Origin: Pristiophorus japonicus
Taxonomy: Eukaryota
Length of the DNA: 64,000 nt
Reading direction: 5' to 3'
Assembly: GCF_044704955.1 (NCBI RefSeq)
Contig: NC_091990.1
Span: 177,010,001 to 177,074,000, forward strand
The notes under the pieces were generated by a model, which worked only from the letters and a program-made list of their open reading frames with translations, ran no database searches and was not told the origin of the DNA. The position numbers and the translations under genes are program-made. Every line of letters starts with the position of its first letter. Position 1 is the stretch's first letter. Shown here piece after piece: positions 38,841 through 51,430 of the stretch.

Positions 38841-40479
38841 AATGTAAGGGAAAATGGGAAGGCTTCTCCTCCCATGAGCGGGCCCCCTTACAGCTGATCT
38901 GATCATGGACTTAGCTCCACTTCCCTGCCCGCTCCCCAAAACCCCTTATTCCCTTATAATTTAAGAAACTGTCTATTTCTGTCTTAAATTTATTCAATGT
39001 CCCAGTTTCCACAGCTCGCTGAGGCAGTGAATTCCACAGATTTACAACCCTCTGAGAGAAAAAATTTCTCCTCATCTCCATTTTAAATGAGTGGTCCCTT
39101 ATTCTAAGATCATGCCCTCTCGTTCTAGACTCTGCTATCAGTGGAAACATCCTCTCTGCATCCACCTTGTCAAGCCCCCTCATAATCTTATACGTTTCAA
39201 TAAGATCATCTCTCATTCTTCTGAATTCCTACTTAACCTTTCCTCATAAGTCAACCCCCTCATCCCCGGAATCAACCTAGTGAATCTTCTTTGAAATGCC
39301 TCCAAAGCAAGTATATCCTTTCGTAAATATGGAAACCAAAACTGCATGCAGTATTCCAGGTGTGGCCTCACCAATACCTTACATAGACTTCCCTGCTTTT
39401 ATACTCCACCCGCTTTGCAATAATGGCCAAGGTACCATTGGCCTTCTTGATCACTTGCTGTACTTGATACTATTCTTTTGCGTTTCATGCACAAGTACCC
39501 CCAGGTCCCGCTGTACTGTGGCACTTTGCAATCTTTCTCCATTTGAATAATAACTTGCTCTTTGATTTTTTTTCTGCCAAAGTGCATGACCTCACACTTT
39601 CCAACATTATATCCATCTGCCAAATGTTTGCCTACTCACTTAGCCTGTCTATGTCCTTTTGCAGATTTTTTGTGCCTGCCTCACACATTCCTATTCCTCC
39701 CATCTTTGTATCGTCAGCAAACTTGGCTATATTACACTCAGTCCCTTCTTCCAAGTTGTTAATATAGATTGTAAATAGTTGGGGTTCCAGCACTGATCCC
39801 TGCGGCACCCCACTAGTTACTGGTTGCCAACCAGAGAATGAACCGTTTATCCTGACTCTCTGTTTTCTGTTAGTTAACCAATCCTCTATCCATTACCCCC
39901 AAACCCGTAAACTTTTATCTTGTGCAGTAACCTTTTATGTGGCACCTTGCCAAATGCCTTCTGGAAGTCCAAATACACCACATCCACTAGTTCCCCTTTA
40001 TCCACCCTGCTCGTTACATCCTCGAAGAACTCCAGCAAATTTGTCAAACATGACTTCCCCTTCATAAATCCATGCTGACTCTGCCTGACCGAAATTGATA
40101 GCCTGGCTTCTCGCTGAGGGTAACTCTATCAGTGAAACTGCTTTTCGATGCGTGGGTGAGAGTGAGTTAGTGAGTTTCCCCATATTTGATGACATAATGT
40201 GTTATTGTGGCATTGACTCATCAAATATGTAAATTTGGTGAAGCCTGCCCTCCATAATGCTGGCACAGATGTACCTGTGGTCTGTAAGCCAACACCAATT
40301 TGGCTGTTCTTAGAAAATCAGGCTCTGTGTCATGGGGGTGGGGTGGGTTAGGGAGGCGATGGTGGAAGCGATCATGCATGGGAAGCCCTGCAGTAAGTGC
40401 AATGTGTCTGTCAGTTGATTTATAACTGAGTTTCCTCATTATCATTTTACTTCCGGATTTGCCATACAATTAGTGTCAG

Positions 40480-43400
40480 TGGGTGATGACAACGCGCGTG
40501 ACTCGATTTCAACTACAGTATTTGAAGGGATGCTCCAAACAGTTTGGAGTTGGCATGGAGAACCACAGAGCTGCTGGTACAGTGTGGAGACGGGCAAAGG
40601 CTGCGTCCTGCTTTAGTGACACCACCCTGGGTGTGCTGCTGGGGGCAGTAAGGGCCAGGAAGGAGAACCTTTTACTACTGATGGGAGGAAGAAACCTGCA
40701 GGTGACACAAAGAAGCTGTGGTTGGAGGTTGCTGAGGAGGTCAGCAGCAGGAGCGCAGTGCCACACTCCTGGATTCAATGCAGAAAGCGGTTTAATGACC
40801 TAAGCACTGCAGGAAAGTTGAGCACAGTGCCACATTCACCTACATCCTGATATGTGTATCACCCTAACCCCCTCACTCTGCCTTCTCAAGCCTACTCCAG
40901 CACATGACTCCTCACACAAACTTACCTTGCAGGTACCATCCCTCTCTGTCTATGCACTTACTCAGGTTCCACCAGGACCGCTCAGCACCAGACCTCATTA
41001 CAGTCTTGGTCCAAACATGGACAAAAGAGCTGAATTCCAGAGGTGAGGTGAGAGTGGCTGCACTTAACATCAAGGCATCATTTGGCCAAGTGTGGAATCA
41101 AGGAGACTGGTCAATGGGAATCTGGGGGAAAACTTGTCAGGTGTCATACCTAGCTAAAAGGAAGATGGTTGTAGTTATTGGAGGCCAATCACCTCAGCCA
41201 CAGAAGTTCCTCAAACTGTGTCCTAGGCCCAACCACCTCCAGCTGCTTCCTTAATGACCTTCCCTTCAACATAAGGTCAGTGGGGATATTTGCCTCTGAT
41301 TAAACAGTGTTCAGTTCCATTCGCAACTCCTTAGATAATGAAGCAGCCCGTGCCCGCATGCAGCAAGAGCTGGACAACATTCAGGTTTGGGCTGATAAGT
41401 GATAAGTAACATTTGCAAGCAAGGGCCAGGCAATGACCTCCTCCAACAAGAGAGTCTAGCCAATTCCTCTTGGCATTCAACTTCATTACCATTGTCAAAT
41501 CCCCACCATCAACATTCTAAGGGTTGCCATTAACCAGAAACTTAATTGGACTAGTCACTGTGGCTACAAGAGCAGAAGCTGGGTATTCTGTGGCAAGTGA
41601 CTCACCTCCTGAATCCCCAAAGACTTTCCACCATTTACAAGGCACAAGTCAGGAGTGTGATGGAATACTTTCCACTTGCCTGGATGAGTGCAACTCCAAC
41701 AACACTCAAGATGCTCGAAACTATCGAGGACAAAGCAGCCCACATGATTGACACCCCATCCACCACCTTAAACATTCACTTCCTCCACCTCCGGCGTACC
41801 GTGGCAGCAGTGTGCACCATCTACCTGATGCACTGCAGCAACTCGCCAAGGTTTCTTCGACAGTATCTCCAAAACCCACAGCCTCTACCACATAGAAGGA
41901 TAAGGGCAGTTGGTGAATGGGACGACCACCACCTGCAAGTTCCTCTCCAAGTCACACACCATTCTGACTTAGAAATATGTCACCATTCCTTCATCGTCGC
42001 TGGGTCAAAATCCTGGAACTCCCTCCCTAACAGCACTGTGGAGTACATTCAGCATACACACACCAGTATTTCAAGTAGGCGGCTCACCACCACCTTCTCA
42101 CGGGCAACTAGGGATAGACAATAAATGCTGGCATCCCATGAATGTATAAAAAGAATTATTCACATCCCCATCTATCCATCCAACACTGACACTCACATTC
42201 ATCTTCATGCAATGTCATGCCGATCCCTCAGCCGCACTCAACAAATGCTCTCCATCCATTGGGTGAACACATGTCATTACTCTCACTCATAGGTCTCTTC
42301 TTTCCCTCCTTGCAGGAGAAGAGAGCACTGAACACCAGGGAGATGCAGAGAACCAGAGGTGGTCCTCTAGCCATCTCTCAATTAACATTTGCAGAGGAGG
42401 AGTCGCTGGAGATTAGCCGAGTCTCAGCGGTCTGACCTTCGGAAATGGGGAGATGGGGTCCTGCCAGCTACCTGGTGATAGAATTAAATGTCATTGGCCA
42501 ATGTTTACAGAGCATTCATTCTATTGCTCCTGTGCCTCATTCCTTGGGTTTCTGAGAGGTGTCATTGGCCACGATTTAACTGGGTATCCCTTGTCTCCAA
42601 GCAACTAGCCGGTAACTCTGTTTTAAGGTGCGTAGATGTCTGGGAGGGTGGACTGCTGCATGACTAAAGGATCATGACATCTGCCCAGGAATCTTGCACG
42701 CACATGCATAAAGATCTTTTTGTGGTTAAACACTAGTTGCACATTGATGGAGTGGAAGCCTTGTGGTTGACAGACACTCCTGGCTAAACTATGGGTGCCT
42801 TAATTTCTATATGTGTGCACTCGATGATGCCCTGCACATGTCAGAAACCAGTCAGACCTGTTAACCCAAGCGCCCGCTCATTCTGACTTGCATTATCGCA
42901 GGAAAAGTTAACATAATTGCCGGCCCTGGCAAAGAAGCCATCAGTCACCAGTCTTTTGCATTTGTGTGCCGCCAACTGTGAGATCCTGCAAATGTCTCCA
43001 GCAGAGCCCTGGAACGATCCAGAGGCAAAAAAGTTGAGGGCAGTGGTGACTTTGACAGCCACAAGTAAAGCATGCCACCAGGTCCAGTTGACAACAGGGC
43101 TTGGTCCAGCAGCCTGAAAATGTCTGCCACCACCTGACCCGACACCCTGCACCTCCTGAGACACTGGTGTTCTGACATGTCAAGGAAGCTTATCCTCTGT
43201 GTGGACACTGTGTGTGCCGGGTATGGCTTCCTGCAAGCTGCACGTCTCTGTTGATCCCCTCTCTGCTGTAGAGCTGTAGGTCTGTGAGCAGCAGGCTGCT
43301 GCTGATATTGGTGCAGCTGGTACTGTTTCTGCTGCTGTTGCTGCTCCTGCTGCTGCTGTTGCTGCTGCTGGTCATCTTGGTCCTCATGTGAGGTCTAAAG

Positions 43401-43940
43401 TGACACAGCATAAGTGGCCCCCATGCTGATCTGATAGATCAGAGATCCAAAGTGCAGGTCAGACCTACAAACCTCCGAAAGTGTAGATGACACCTCCAAC
43501 GTTTATAAATTCACCTCTCAGCGCATGTACTGTGAACAAATCCTTTCACACAAGTGGGTAAGAAAGTGACTGTGAGGCCTCAGTCCTTCTTGGCATATTT
43601 CCGTGTCGGAGCTTCAGCCCCCTCAGTGACTGCTGTCTTCTCGCCTTGCTTTCAATGGCGAGGTACAGGAAGCCGGGAAACCCATGGACCCAAAGTTAAA
43701 TTGCAAAATCCATGGCAATATTGTTCTAATTGAGCGATTTACATATCGGTGAATACATAACATAATTGACAACGGGCCTCTCCCGAGGGGGTTGTGTGAC
43801 ACTGCCGAAGGCGCTGCAGTGAAATGCGGAAGTCTGCGGGTTGGAGTCAGCTTCCCGACACGCTCGCAATTTTCCAGGATTTAAACCCCCCAACCCCCAC
43901 CCACACCCAAACCCACATGCTCTCCCACGTTAAAATTCCT
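40480..43940. mobile_element. PIF/Harbinger element: Myb/SANT gene (+) convergent with transposase (-), decayed
   Basis: The + strand has FSD..L.VLL.AVRAR...WIQCRKRFNDL (40556-40800) and a second exon EKRALN.RE..RT.GG (about 42315). The - strand has VAVKVTTALNFFASGSFQG..GDICRISQ (42841-43164) and a CAG-repeat N-terminus. Confidence 0.75.
40965..42150 (+). mobile_element. HER-type (CR1-clade) LINE 3' fragment in the Harbinger Myb intron
   Basis: SAPDLIT.LVQTWTKELNSRGEVRV and LSTIYKAQVRSVMEY.PLAWMSA RT motifs; A-rich end. Confidence 0.8.
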
Positions 43941-44029
43941 CCCAATGTGTTTTGTATGGTGTAATCCACATTGCCATTTATAGATGATTAGTTGTGCAGC
44001 TTGAGAACATCGGCCCTGATTTTGCGAAT

Positions 44030-44430
44030 ATCATCATCATCATAGGCAGGCCCTTGAAACGAGGATGATTTGCTTCCACGCCAAAAAAAAAGGGATGAGT
44101 TCGCAGGTATTTCAAATGAAGAACCCGAAGTACATCCTGAAGGGTGGAAGATGCCTGTGCGTGGATTTTTTTAAAGTGCGGTGGCCGTTGCACACCAGCC
44201 ACCACACGGGGCTTGACAGAGCTAGGTCCAGTGACAAGGATTAACCAAGACAACTGGAGATCTGCTCCTCTGCACGGACCTAGTGCGCACACATATCGCA
44301 GTGTGAGCTGGTCTGTGCTGCCCCTGGGCCCCTGGCCCTGAACTCACGCCTCCCCTGCGCCCCGATCACATCCCTCCACAGTCTCTCGCCGCTCCTGCTG
44401 CATCTGCCCACGCTCCAATCACCGACTTGG
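44030..44430 (-). mobile_element. SINE-like element with (ATG)n tail, copy 2
   Basis: Homologous to 21648-22250. Confidence 0.6.
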
Positions 44431-44518
44431 GTGCGATCAGTAGTAAAGGGACGGCACTTGCCGATGATCTCGAAGAAAGCTGCCTGCAAAGATCCAGGGG
44501 GCTCTGTGGTGTCGGTTT

Positions 44519-47500
44519 TAGTGTGTTCCTAACACAGATGAGACTGCACACAGGGAGGTTAAAGTAACAGTGACCTCAGTCATTATTGAGACACTCCAGA
44601 GTGAGAAACAGGCCTTCGGGGCCGGCTTATAGACGGTGTTCCCAAGGGATGCTGGGATCCCTTGGGACTTCAGGGGATGCGCTCCCTGGTGGCGGAACAT
44701 GGGAGTGCATGCTTTACAGATACACACCATCACTCCCCGCAAATTCAAAGTGAAAACTATTTACAAGGTGAGGCGGTCGGGAGCCTTTCTTTCTCTGGTG
44801 GACCGCCTCGGTACAAATGTCTGTTCTGGTGTGTTGGCTGTGCCCTCGCTGGGCTGGCATGTTGTTGGCCCTGCTGGGCTGCTGGGTGAGCCTGGCCTTG
44901 CTGATCTGTTGGGCGTGATGGGTTCGATTTCCTCGTCCTGCGTGGTGTCGTTGATCCTTTGGGTGTGTGTTGTGGGCTCGTAAAAGGTGGTGTCTGCTGT
45001 GGGTTGTTCAGGGCAGTCTGTGAACCGCAGCCTTGTTTGGTTCAGGTGCTTTCTGCAAATTTATCCATTGTCTAGTTTGACTACATAAACCCTATTCCTT
45101 TCTTTAGCTATCACCGTGCCCGCGATCCACTTGGGACCATAGTTTAGCACATACACAGGGTCATTCAGATCAATTTCCTGTGACACAGTGGCGCGACCAT
45201 CGTTTACAATTTGTTGCTGCCGCCTGTTCTCGACCTGATCATGCAGGGTGGGGTGACCCAGCGAGAGTCTGGTTTTAAGTGTCCTTTTCATGAGTAGCTC
45301 AGCCAGGGGCACCCCTGTGAGGGCGTGGGGTCTCGTGCGGTAGCTGAGCAGTACTCGGGACAGGCGGGTTTGAGTGAGCCTTCTGTGACTCGTTTAAGGC
45401 TCTGTTTGATTGTTTGTACTGCCCGCTCTGCCTGTCCATTGGAGGCTGATTTAAACGGGGCCGAGGTGACATGTTTTATCCCATTGCAGGTCATGAATTT
45501 TTTTAATTCGGCACTGGTGAAACATGGCCCGTTATCACTGACCAGTATGTCAGGCAGGCCTTGGGTGGCAAACATGGCCCTCAGGCTTTTAATGGTGGCA
45601 GTGGCGGTGCTTCCCGACATTATTTCACATTCAATCCATTTTGCAAAAGCACCCATCACCACCAGGAACATTTTACCGAGGAACGGGCCCGCATAGTCGA
45701 CATGGATCCTCGACCATGGTCTGGAGGGCCAGGACCACAAATTTAGTGGTGCCTCTCTGGGCGCGTTGCTCAACTGAGCACACACGCTGCATTGCCGTAC
45801 ACAGGACTCTAAGTCAGAGTGGATACCGGGCCACCACACGTGGGATCTGGCTATCGCTTTCATCATTACTATACCCGGGTGTGGGCTGTGGTGATCCGAG
45901 ATGAACGTCTCCCTGCCCTTTTTTGGTAGCACTACGCAGTTACCCCACAACAGGCAGTCTGCCTGAATGGTCAGCTTGTCTTGTCGCTGCTGGAACGGCT
46001 TGATTAGCTCTTGCATTTCAACGGGGATGCTGGCCCAGCTCCCATGCAGTCCAGTTTTTTACTAGGGACAGCAGAGGATCTTGGCTGGTCCAAGTCCTAA
46101 TCTGCTGGGCCGTGACAGGTGATTTATCATTTTCAAACGCTTCCCTGACCATCAACAAGTCTGCGGGCTGCGCCACCATCAACAAGTTTGCAGGCTGTGC
46201 CATTTCCATCCCCGTGGTGGGCAATGGTAGCCGACTGAGAGCATCCGCACAGTTCTCGGTGCCTGGCCTGCGGCGGATGCTGATAGTGCAAGTGCCCACC
46301 TTTGTATGCAGGCTGAGGCATTAGTATTTATCCACTTGTTTTCAGTGTACAGGGATGTGAGGGGCTTGTGATCGGTTTCCAGCTCAAATTTGAGGCCAAA
46401 CAGGTACTGATGCATTTTCTTTACCCCGAACACACACGCTAATGCCTCTTTCTCAATCATGCTGTAGGCCCTCTCGGCCTCAGACAAGCTCCTGGAAGCA
46501 TAGGCGACAGGTTGCAACTTCCCCGCAATGTTAGCTTGTTGTAATACACACCCGACTCCGTACAATGACGCATCACATGTCTCTTACACGGGTTATCCAA
46601 TACAAGCAGCTTGTTGGAGCATAAAATGTTTCTGGCTTTCTCAAAAGCAATTACTTGTTTTTTTCCCCATACCCAGTTCTCACCTTTACCCAATAAGACA
46701 TGCAGGGGCTCTAAGAGAGTGCGTTATCCTGGTAGGAAGTTAACAAAATAGTTGAGGAGTCCCAGGAACGACCGCAGCTCCGTGATGTTCTGTGGCCTGG
46801 GCACGTTCCTGATAGCCTCTGTCTTGGCGTTTGTGGGCCGAATGCCGTCCGCTGCGATCTTTCTCCCCAAAAACTCCACTTCTGTTGCCATGAAGACGCA
46901 TTTCGACCTCTTCAGCCACAGCCCTATGTGATCCAGTCGCTGGAGGACCTCCTGCAGGTTTTGTAGGTGCTCAACGGTGTCCCGACCCGTGACCAATATG
47001 TCGTCCTGAAAAACCACCGTGCGTGATACCGACTTGAGTAGGCTCTCCATGTTTCTCTGGAAGATTGCTGCAGCCGACCGAATTCCAAATGGGCATCTGT
47101 TGTAGACTAACAGTCCCTTGTGCATGTTGATGCAGATGAGGCCCTTCGAAGACTCCTCCAGCTCCTGCGTCATGTAGGCCGAAGTCAGGTCGAGTTTGGT
47201 GAACGTCTTGCCTCCTGCCAACATCGCAAATAGGTCGTCTGCCTCAGGTAGAAACATAGAAACATAGAAAAATAGATGCAGGAGTAGGCCATTCGGCCCT
47301 TCGAGCCTGCACCGCCATTCAATAAGATCATGGCTGATCATTCCCTCGGTACCCCTTTCCTGCTTTTTCTCCATATCCCTTGATCCCCTTAGCCGTAAGG
47401 GCCATATCTAACTCCCTCTTGAATATATCCAATGAACTGGCATCAACAACTCTCTGCGGCAGGGAATTCCACAGGTTAACAACTCTCTGAGTGAAGACGT

Positions 47501-50085
47501 TTCTCCTCATCTCAGTCCTAAATGGCCTGCCCCTTATCCTAACACTATGTCCCCTGGTTCTGGACTTCCCCAACATCGGGAACATTCTTCCCGCATCTAA
47601 CCTGTCCAGTCCCGTCAGAATTTTATATATTTCTATGAGATCCCCTCTCATCCTTCTAAACACCAGTGAATAAAGGCCCAGTTGATCCAGTCTCTCCTCA
47701 TATGACAGCCCAGGCATCTCAGGAATCAGTCTGGTGAACCTTTGCTGCACTCCCTCAATAGCAAGAACGTCCTTCCTCAGACTAGGAGACCAAAACTGAA
47801 CACAATATTCCAGGTGAGGCCTCACCAAGGCCCTGTACAACTGTAGTAAGACGTCCATTCTTCTATATTCAAATCCCCTAGCTATGAAGACCAACATACC
47901 ATTTGCCGCCTTTACCGCCTGCTGTACCTGCATGCCCACTTTCAGTGACTGATGAACCATGACACCCAGGTCTCGTTGCACCTCCCCTTTTCCTAGTCTG
48001 CTGCCATTCAGATTATATTCTGCCTTCGTGTTTTTGCCCCCAAAATGGATAACCTCACATTTATCCACAATATACTGCATCTGCCATGTATTTACCCATT
48101 CACCTAACCTGTCCAAGTCACCCTGCAGCCACTTAGCGTCCTCCTCACAGCTCACACCGCCACCCAGTTTAGTGTCATCTGCAAACTTGGAGATATTACA
48201 CTCGATTCCTTCATCCAAATTGTTAATGTATATTGTAAAGAGCTGGGATATTGGTCCTGTAGCGAGAAACGATTAATAGTTACTTTATAATCGCCGCAAA
48301 TCCTGACCGTGCCATCACTTTTGAGTACTGGAATAATCGGGCTGGCCCACTAGCTGAATTCCACTGGGGAGATGATGCCCTCGCGTTGCAGCCTGTCCAG
48401 CTCGATTTCCACTCTCTCCCTCATCATGTGAGGTACCGCTCGCGCCTTGTGCTGAATGGGTCGTGCCTCTGGGACCAAGTGGATCCGCATCTTCGCCCCG
48501 GAAAAGTTTCCAATGCCTGGCTCAAAAGGGGAAGGAAATTTGTGAAGAACCTGGGTACATGAGGCCTCATCGACATGTGATAGCGCTCGGATGTCATCCC
48601 AGTTCCAGCGGATTTTGCCCAGCTAGCTCCTTCCAAGCAGTATGGGGCCATTGCCCGGGACAATCCAGAGTGGCAGTTCGTGCACGTGCCTTTGTAGGTG
48701 TCCTTGACAATGGCGCTGCCCAGGACAGTGATGAGCTCTTTGGTGTATGTTCTCAGTTTCATGTGAATGGTGCTCAGGGCTGGTCTGAGTGCCTTGTTGC
48801 ACCACAGTCTCTCAAACATCTTTTTACTCATGATGGATTGGCTAGCACCGGTGTCCAGTTCCATGGCTATGGGTAAGCCATTCAATTTTACATTTAGCAT
48901 TATAAGTGGACATTTCATCGAAAATGTGTGCACCCCATGTACTTCAGCATACGCCTCCTCTCTCTGAGGCTCGAAATTGCTTTGATCGACCATGGACCGA
49001 TCTTCCTCTGCCACATGGTGGTTAGCAGGTTTTGCAGAGCTTGCAGCTCACCTGCAAGCTCGTTGGAGGTGCCCCATTGTTCCACAGCTCTTGCAAACAT
49101 ACCCTTTGAAGTGGCATGAATAGGCTGAATGGAAGCCTCCACAATGCCAACCAGGTGTGAATTGCCTTGCATGCATCCTTTGTTGCGGACTCTGAGTCAT
49201 CTGGGTCACTTGAGGCCTGCTGGCAGTTGCAGACTGGTAGTTTTTGCCCTGTACATTTCTGCTCGCAAACACAGTTCCAGTTAATTTATGAACATTGTTT
49301 GCACTTGTGTGCTGAGAGATTTGTTTGGTGTTATCACTGGTGGACATAACCGCCTGTGTCAACGCAATGGCCTTACTGAGGGTCGGTGTCTCTACAGTCA
49401 AAAGTTTTCGTAGGATGGTCTCGTGCCAATGCCCAGTACAAAAAAGTCTCTGGGAATTTGCTCCAAGTAGCCATTAAACTCACATTGTTCTGCAAGTCGC
49501 CTTAGCTTGGCGATGTAGCTCGTCACTTCCTGACCTTCAGATCGCTGGCACGTGTAGAACCGATACCTCGCCATCAGCACGCTCTCCCTCGGGTTAAGAT
49601 GCTCCCGAACCAATGTACACAGCTCCTCATACGACTTATCTGTGGGTTTCACCGGAGCTGGAAGATTCTTCATGAAGCTGTAGGTCGGTGCCCCGCAGAC
49701 CGTGAGGAGGAACGCTCTCCTTTTTGCAGCGCTTCCTTCTCCGTCCAGCTCGTTGGGTACAAAGTACTGGTCTAGCCATTTGACATAGGCTTCCCAGTCC
49801 TCACACTCCGAGAACTTCTCCAGGATGCCCACAGTTTGCTGCATCTTTGCGCTGGATTCGTATACTCGTCGCCAGTTATTGTGTTCCTAACACACGAGAC
49901 TGCACACAGAGAGGTTAAAGTAACAGTGACCTCAGTCTTTATGAAGACACTCCAGAGTGAGGAACAGGCCTTAGGGGCTGGCTTATATACAGTGCTCCCA
50001 AGGGATGCTGGGATCCTTTGGGACTTCAGGGGATGCACTCCCTAGTGGTGGAACATGGGAGTGCATGCTTTACAGATACACAACA
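44519..50085 (-). mobile_element. Full-length decayed Gypsy LTR retrotransposon
   Basis: LTRs at 44519-44729 and 49877-50085, TSD GGTTT, PBS TGGCGACGAG. Gag, PR (LDTGA), RT (FQDD), RNase H and integrase fragments. The RT is interrupted by a CR1. Confidence 0.93.
47249..48247 (-). mobile_element. 5'-truncated CR1 inserted in the Gypsy RT
   Basis: ORF 47328-48218 is a CR1 RT C-terminus; (TTCTATGT)n tail. Confidence 0.93.
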
Positions 50086-51430
50086 GGTTTCCCCGATTAT
50101 GATGTCAGTTTCATTCTAGCGCCTTCTGTGGGGATCTCTGGTGCCCAGGAACAGTGATGTAATTAAGCTGGCTGAGCAGCCAATCAGATTGAAGAATTCT
50201 GACAGACCGCAAACCAGGAAATAAAGAGCACTGATTATAATTTGCATTTTAATCATTTTACATAAAGAAAAAAAAAGATTGGGACATATAAATGGAATAA
50301 GGTTAGAAACTGGAGAATCATAAACAAACTTTTAAAAAAGAAGATAAATAATTTTTATTATTTAAAAAAATGTTTGGGACTATTATCATGGAATGGAGGG
50401 AATGACACTCCAGAATTATTCGATTAGTTTTTCAAGGCCAGAGACATTGTTCAGCAGTAATGATGACTTAGTACACGACTAAAAACTCAATTACACCTCA
50501 TTCAACAAGGATGAACTTTTTCAATGGTCTTTACAGTGAGAATAATGCACAAAAAGTTCACGTCAAATCAGTGATTTCTAATGATTGCATCTGCGAAGCC
50601 TGCAACAGCACACCCTGTGGAGGAGCAGGGTATCGCTGACAGCAACTTCCAGATTTCGCTGTTTATTTGCACATTGAGGACCCCTAAAGTTGCTATCAGT
50701 TTTACACACTAATGACAGCGAAGTCTGACAGATCTGCCATCATTACAACCATAAATTCCGAGCCAATAGGATGCATAAGGCTGCAATTATCTGCAAAAAT
50801 ACACATTTTTGGAAACATTGCTTTCCAGTCTACCTATATACGTCTATCCATCCAACATGACATCAATAAATCAGCTCATCACCCTTGTGCCTTCCCTTAG
50901 TGACTGTCTTGTGTGTGACTGTCTTGTGTGTGCCTTTGCCTATCGTACTGATGTCACACAGTGCTACTCCAGTGGCTACAGCATGGCTGGTGGAAGGCTG
51001 CTGACTTTCAGTGGGGGACACTGCAAATGGCTGTGGAGACAACCTCGAGGAGCCAGTGGCTGGGAGTGTCTAATTGAGTGACAGTGATTCTTTTTCTTCT
51101 TCACTCTTCTCTTCCTTTTCTTGGTCACCACTGGCTGGGCAGGCTGGATTTCTTGGGTGTGTGAAATGAGGAAGGCACAAGGGTGGAATTGTGGTGAGGG
51201 GAGGACGGGAAAGCAAGAGGTGCATGTTTATACCATGTGCACCTTGTAAATCAGAAGATATTGTGTGATGAGGGGGAAGTGGGATGTGGGAAGGAGGATA
51301 ATGAATTAGGATACCAGCATCTTGTAACCTTTCAGCCCTGACACTGGCCAAGGACTTAGTCACGCACCTGCCAAGAATAGTCCATACCGTCTCCTCCAAG
51401 GGGGTGAGGTGAAGCTAGGAATGGGAACTG

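Larger units (their letters stand above)
33065..38892 (-). mobile_element. Env-bearing LTR element / endogenous retrovirus-like provirus without recognisable pol
   Basis: TSD GCTGA (33060-33064, 38893-38897), PBS, PPT, 648-bp 3' LTR, 50-bp 5' LTR and a decayed env. Confidence 0.85.
29718..40100 (-). mobile_element. Minus-strand CR1 split into three pieces (29718-29764, 33030-33064, 38893-40100)
   Basis: The 3' UTR aggagtaggcc..cctcgag|cctgctcc..atggctga|tctgatcatggac is continuous once the two inserts are removed. RT remnants lie at 38911-40090. Confidence 0.85.

Noticed and set aside
46724-47374. ORF fusing CR1 3' UTR to Gypsy RT
   Set aside because: It is an artefact of the CR1 insertion junction.
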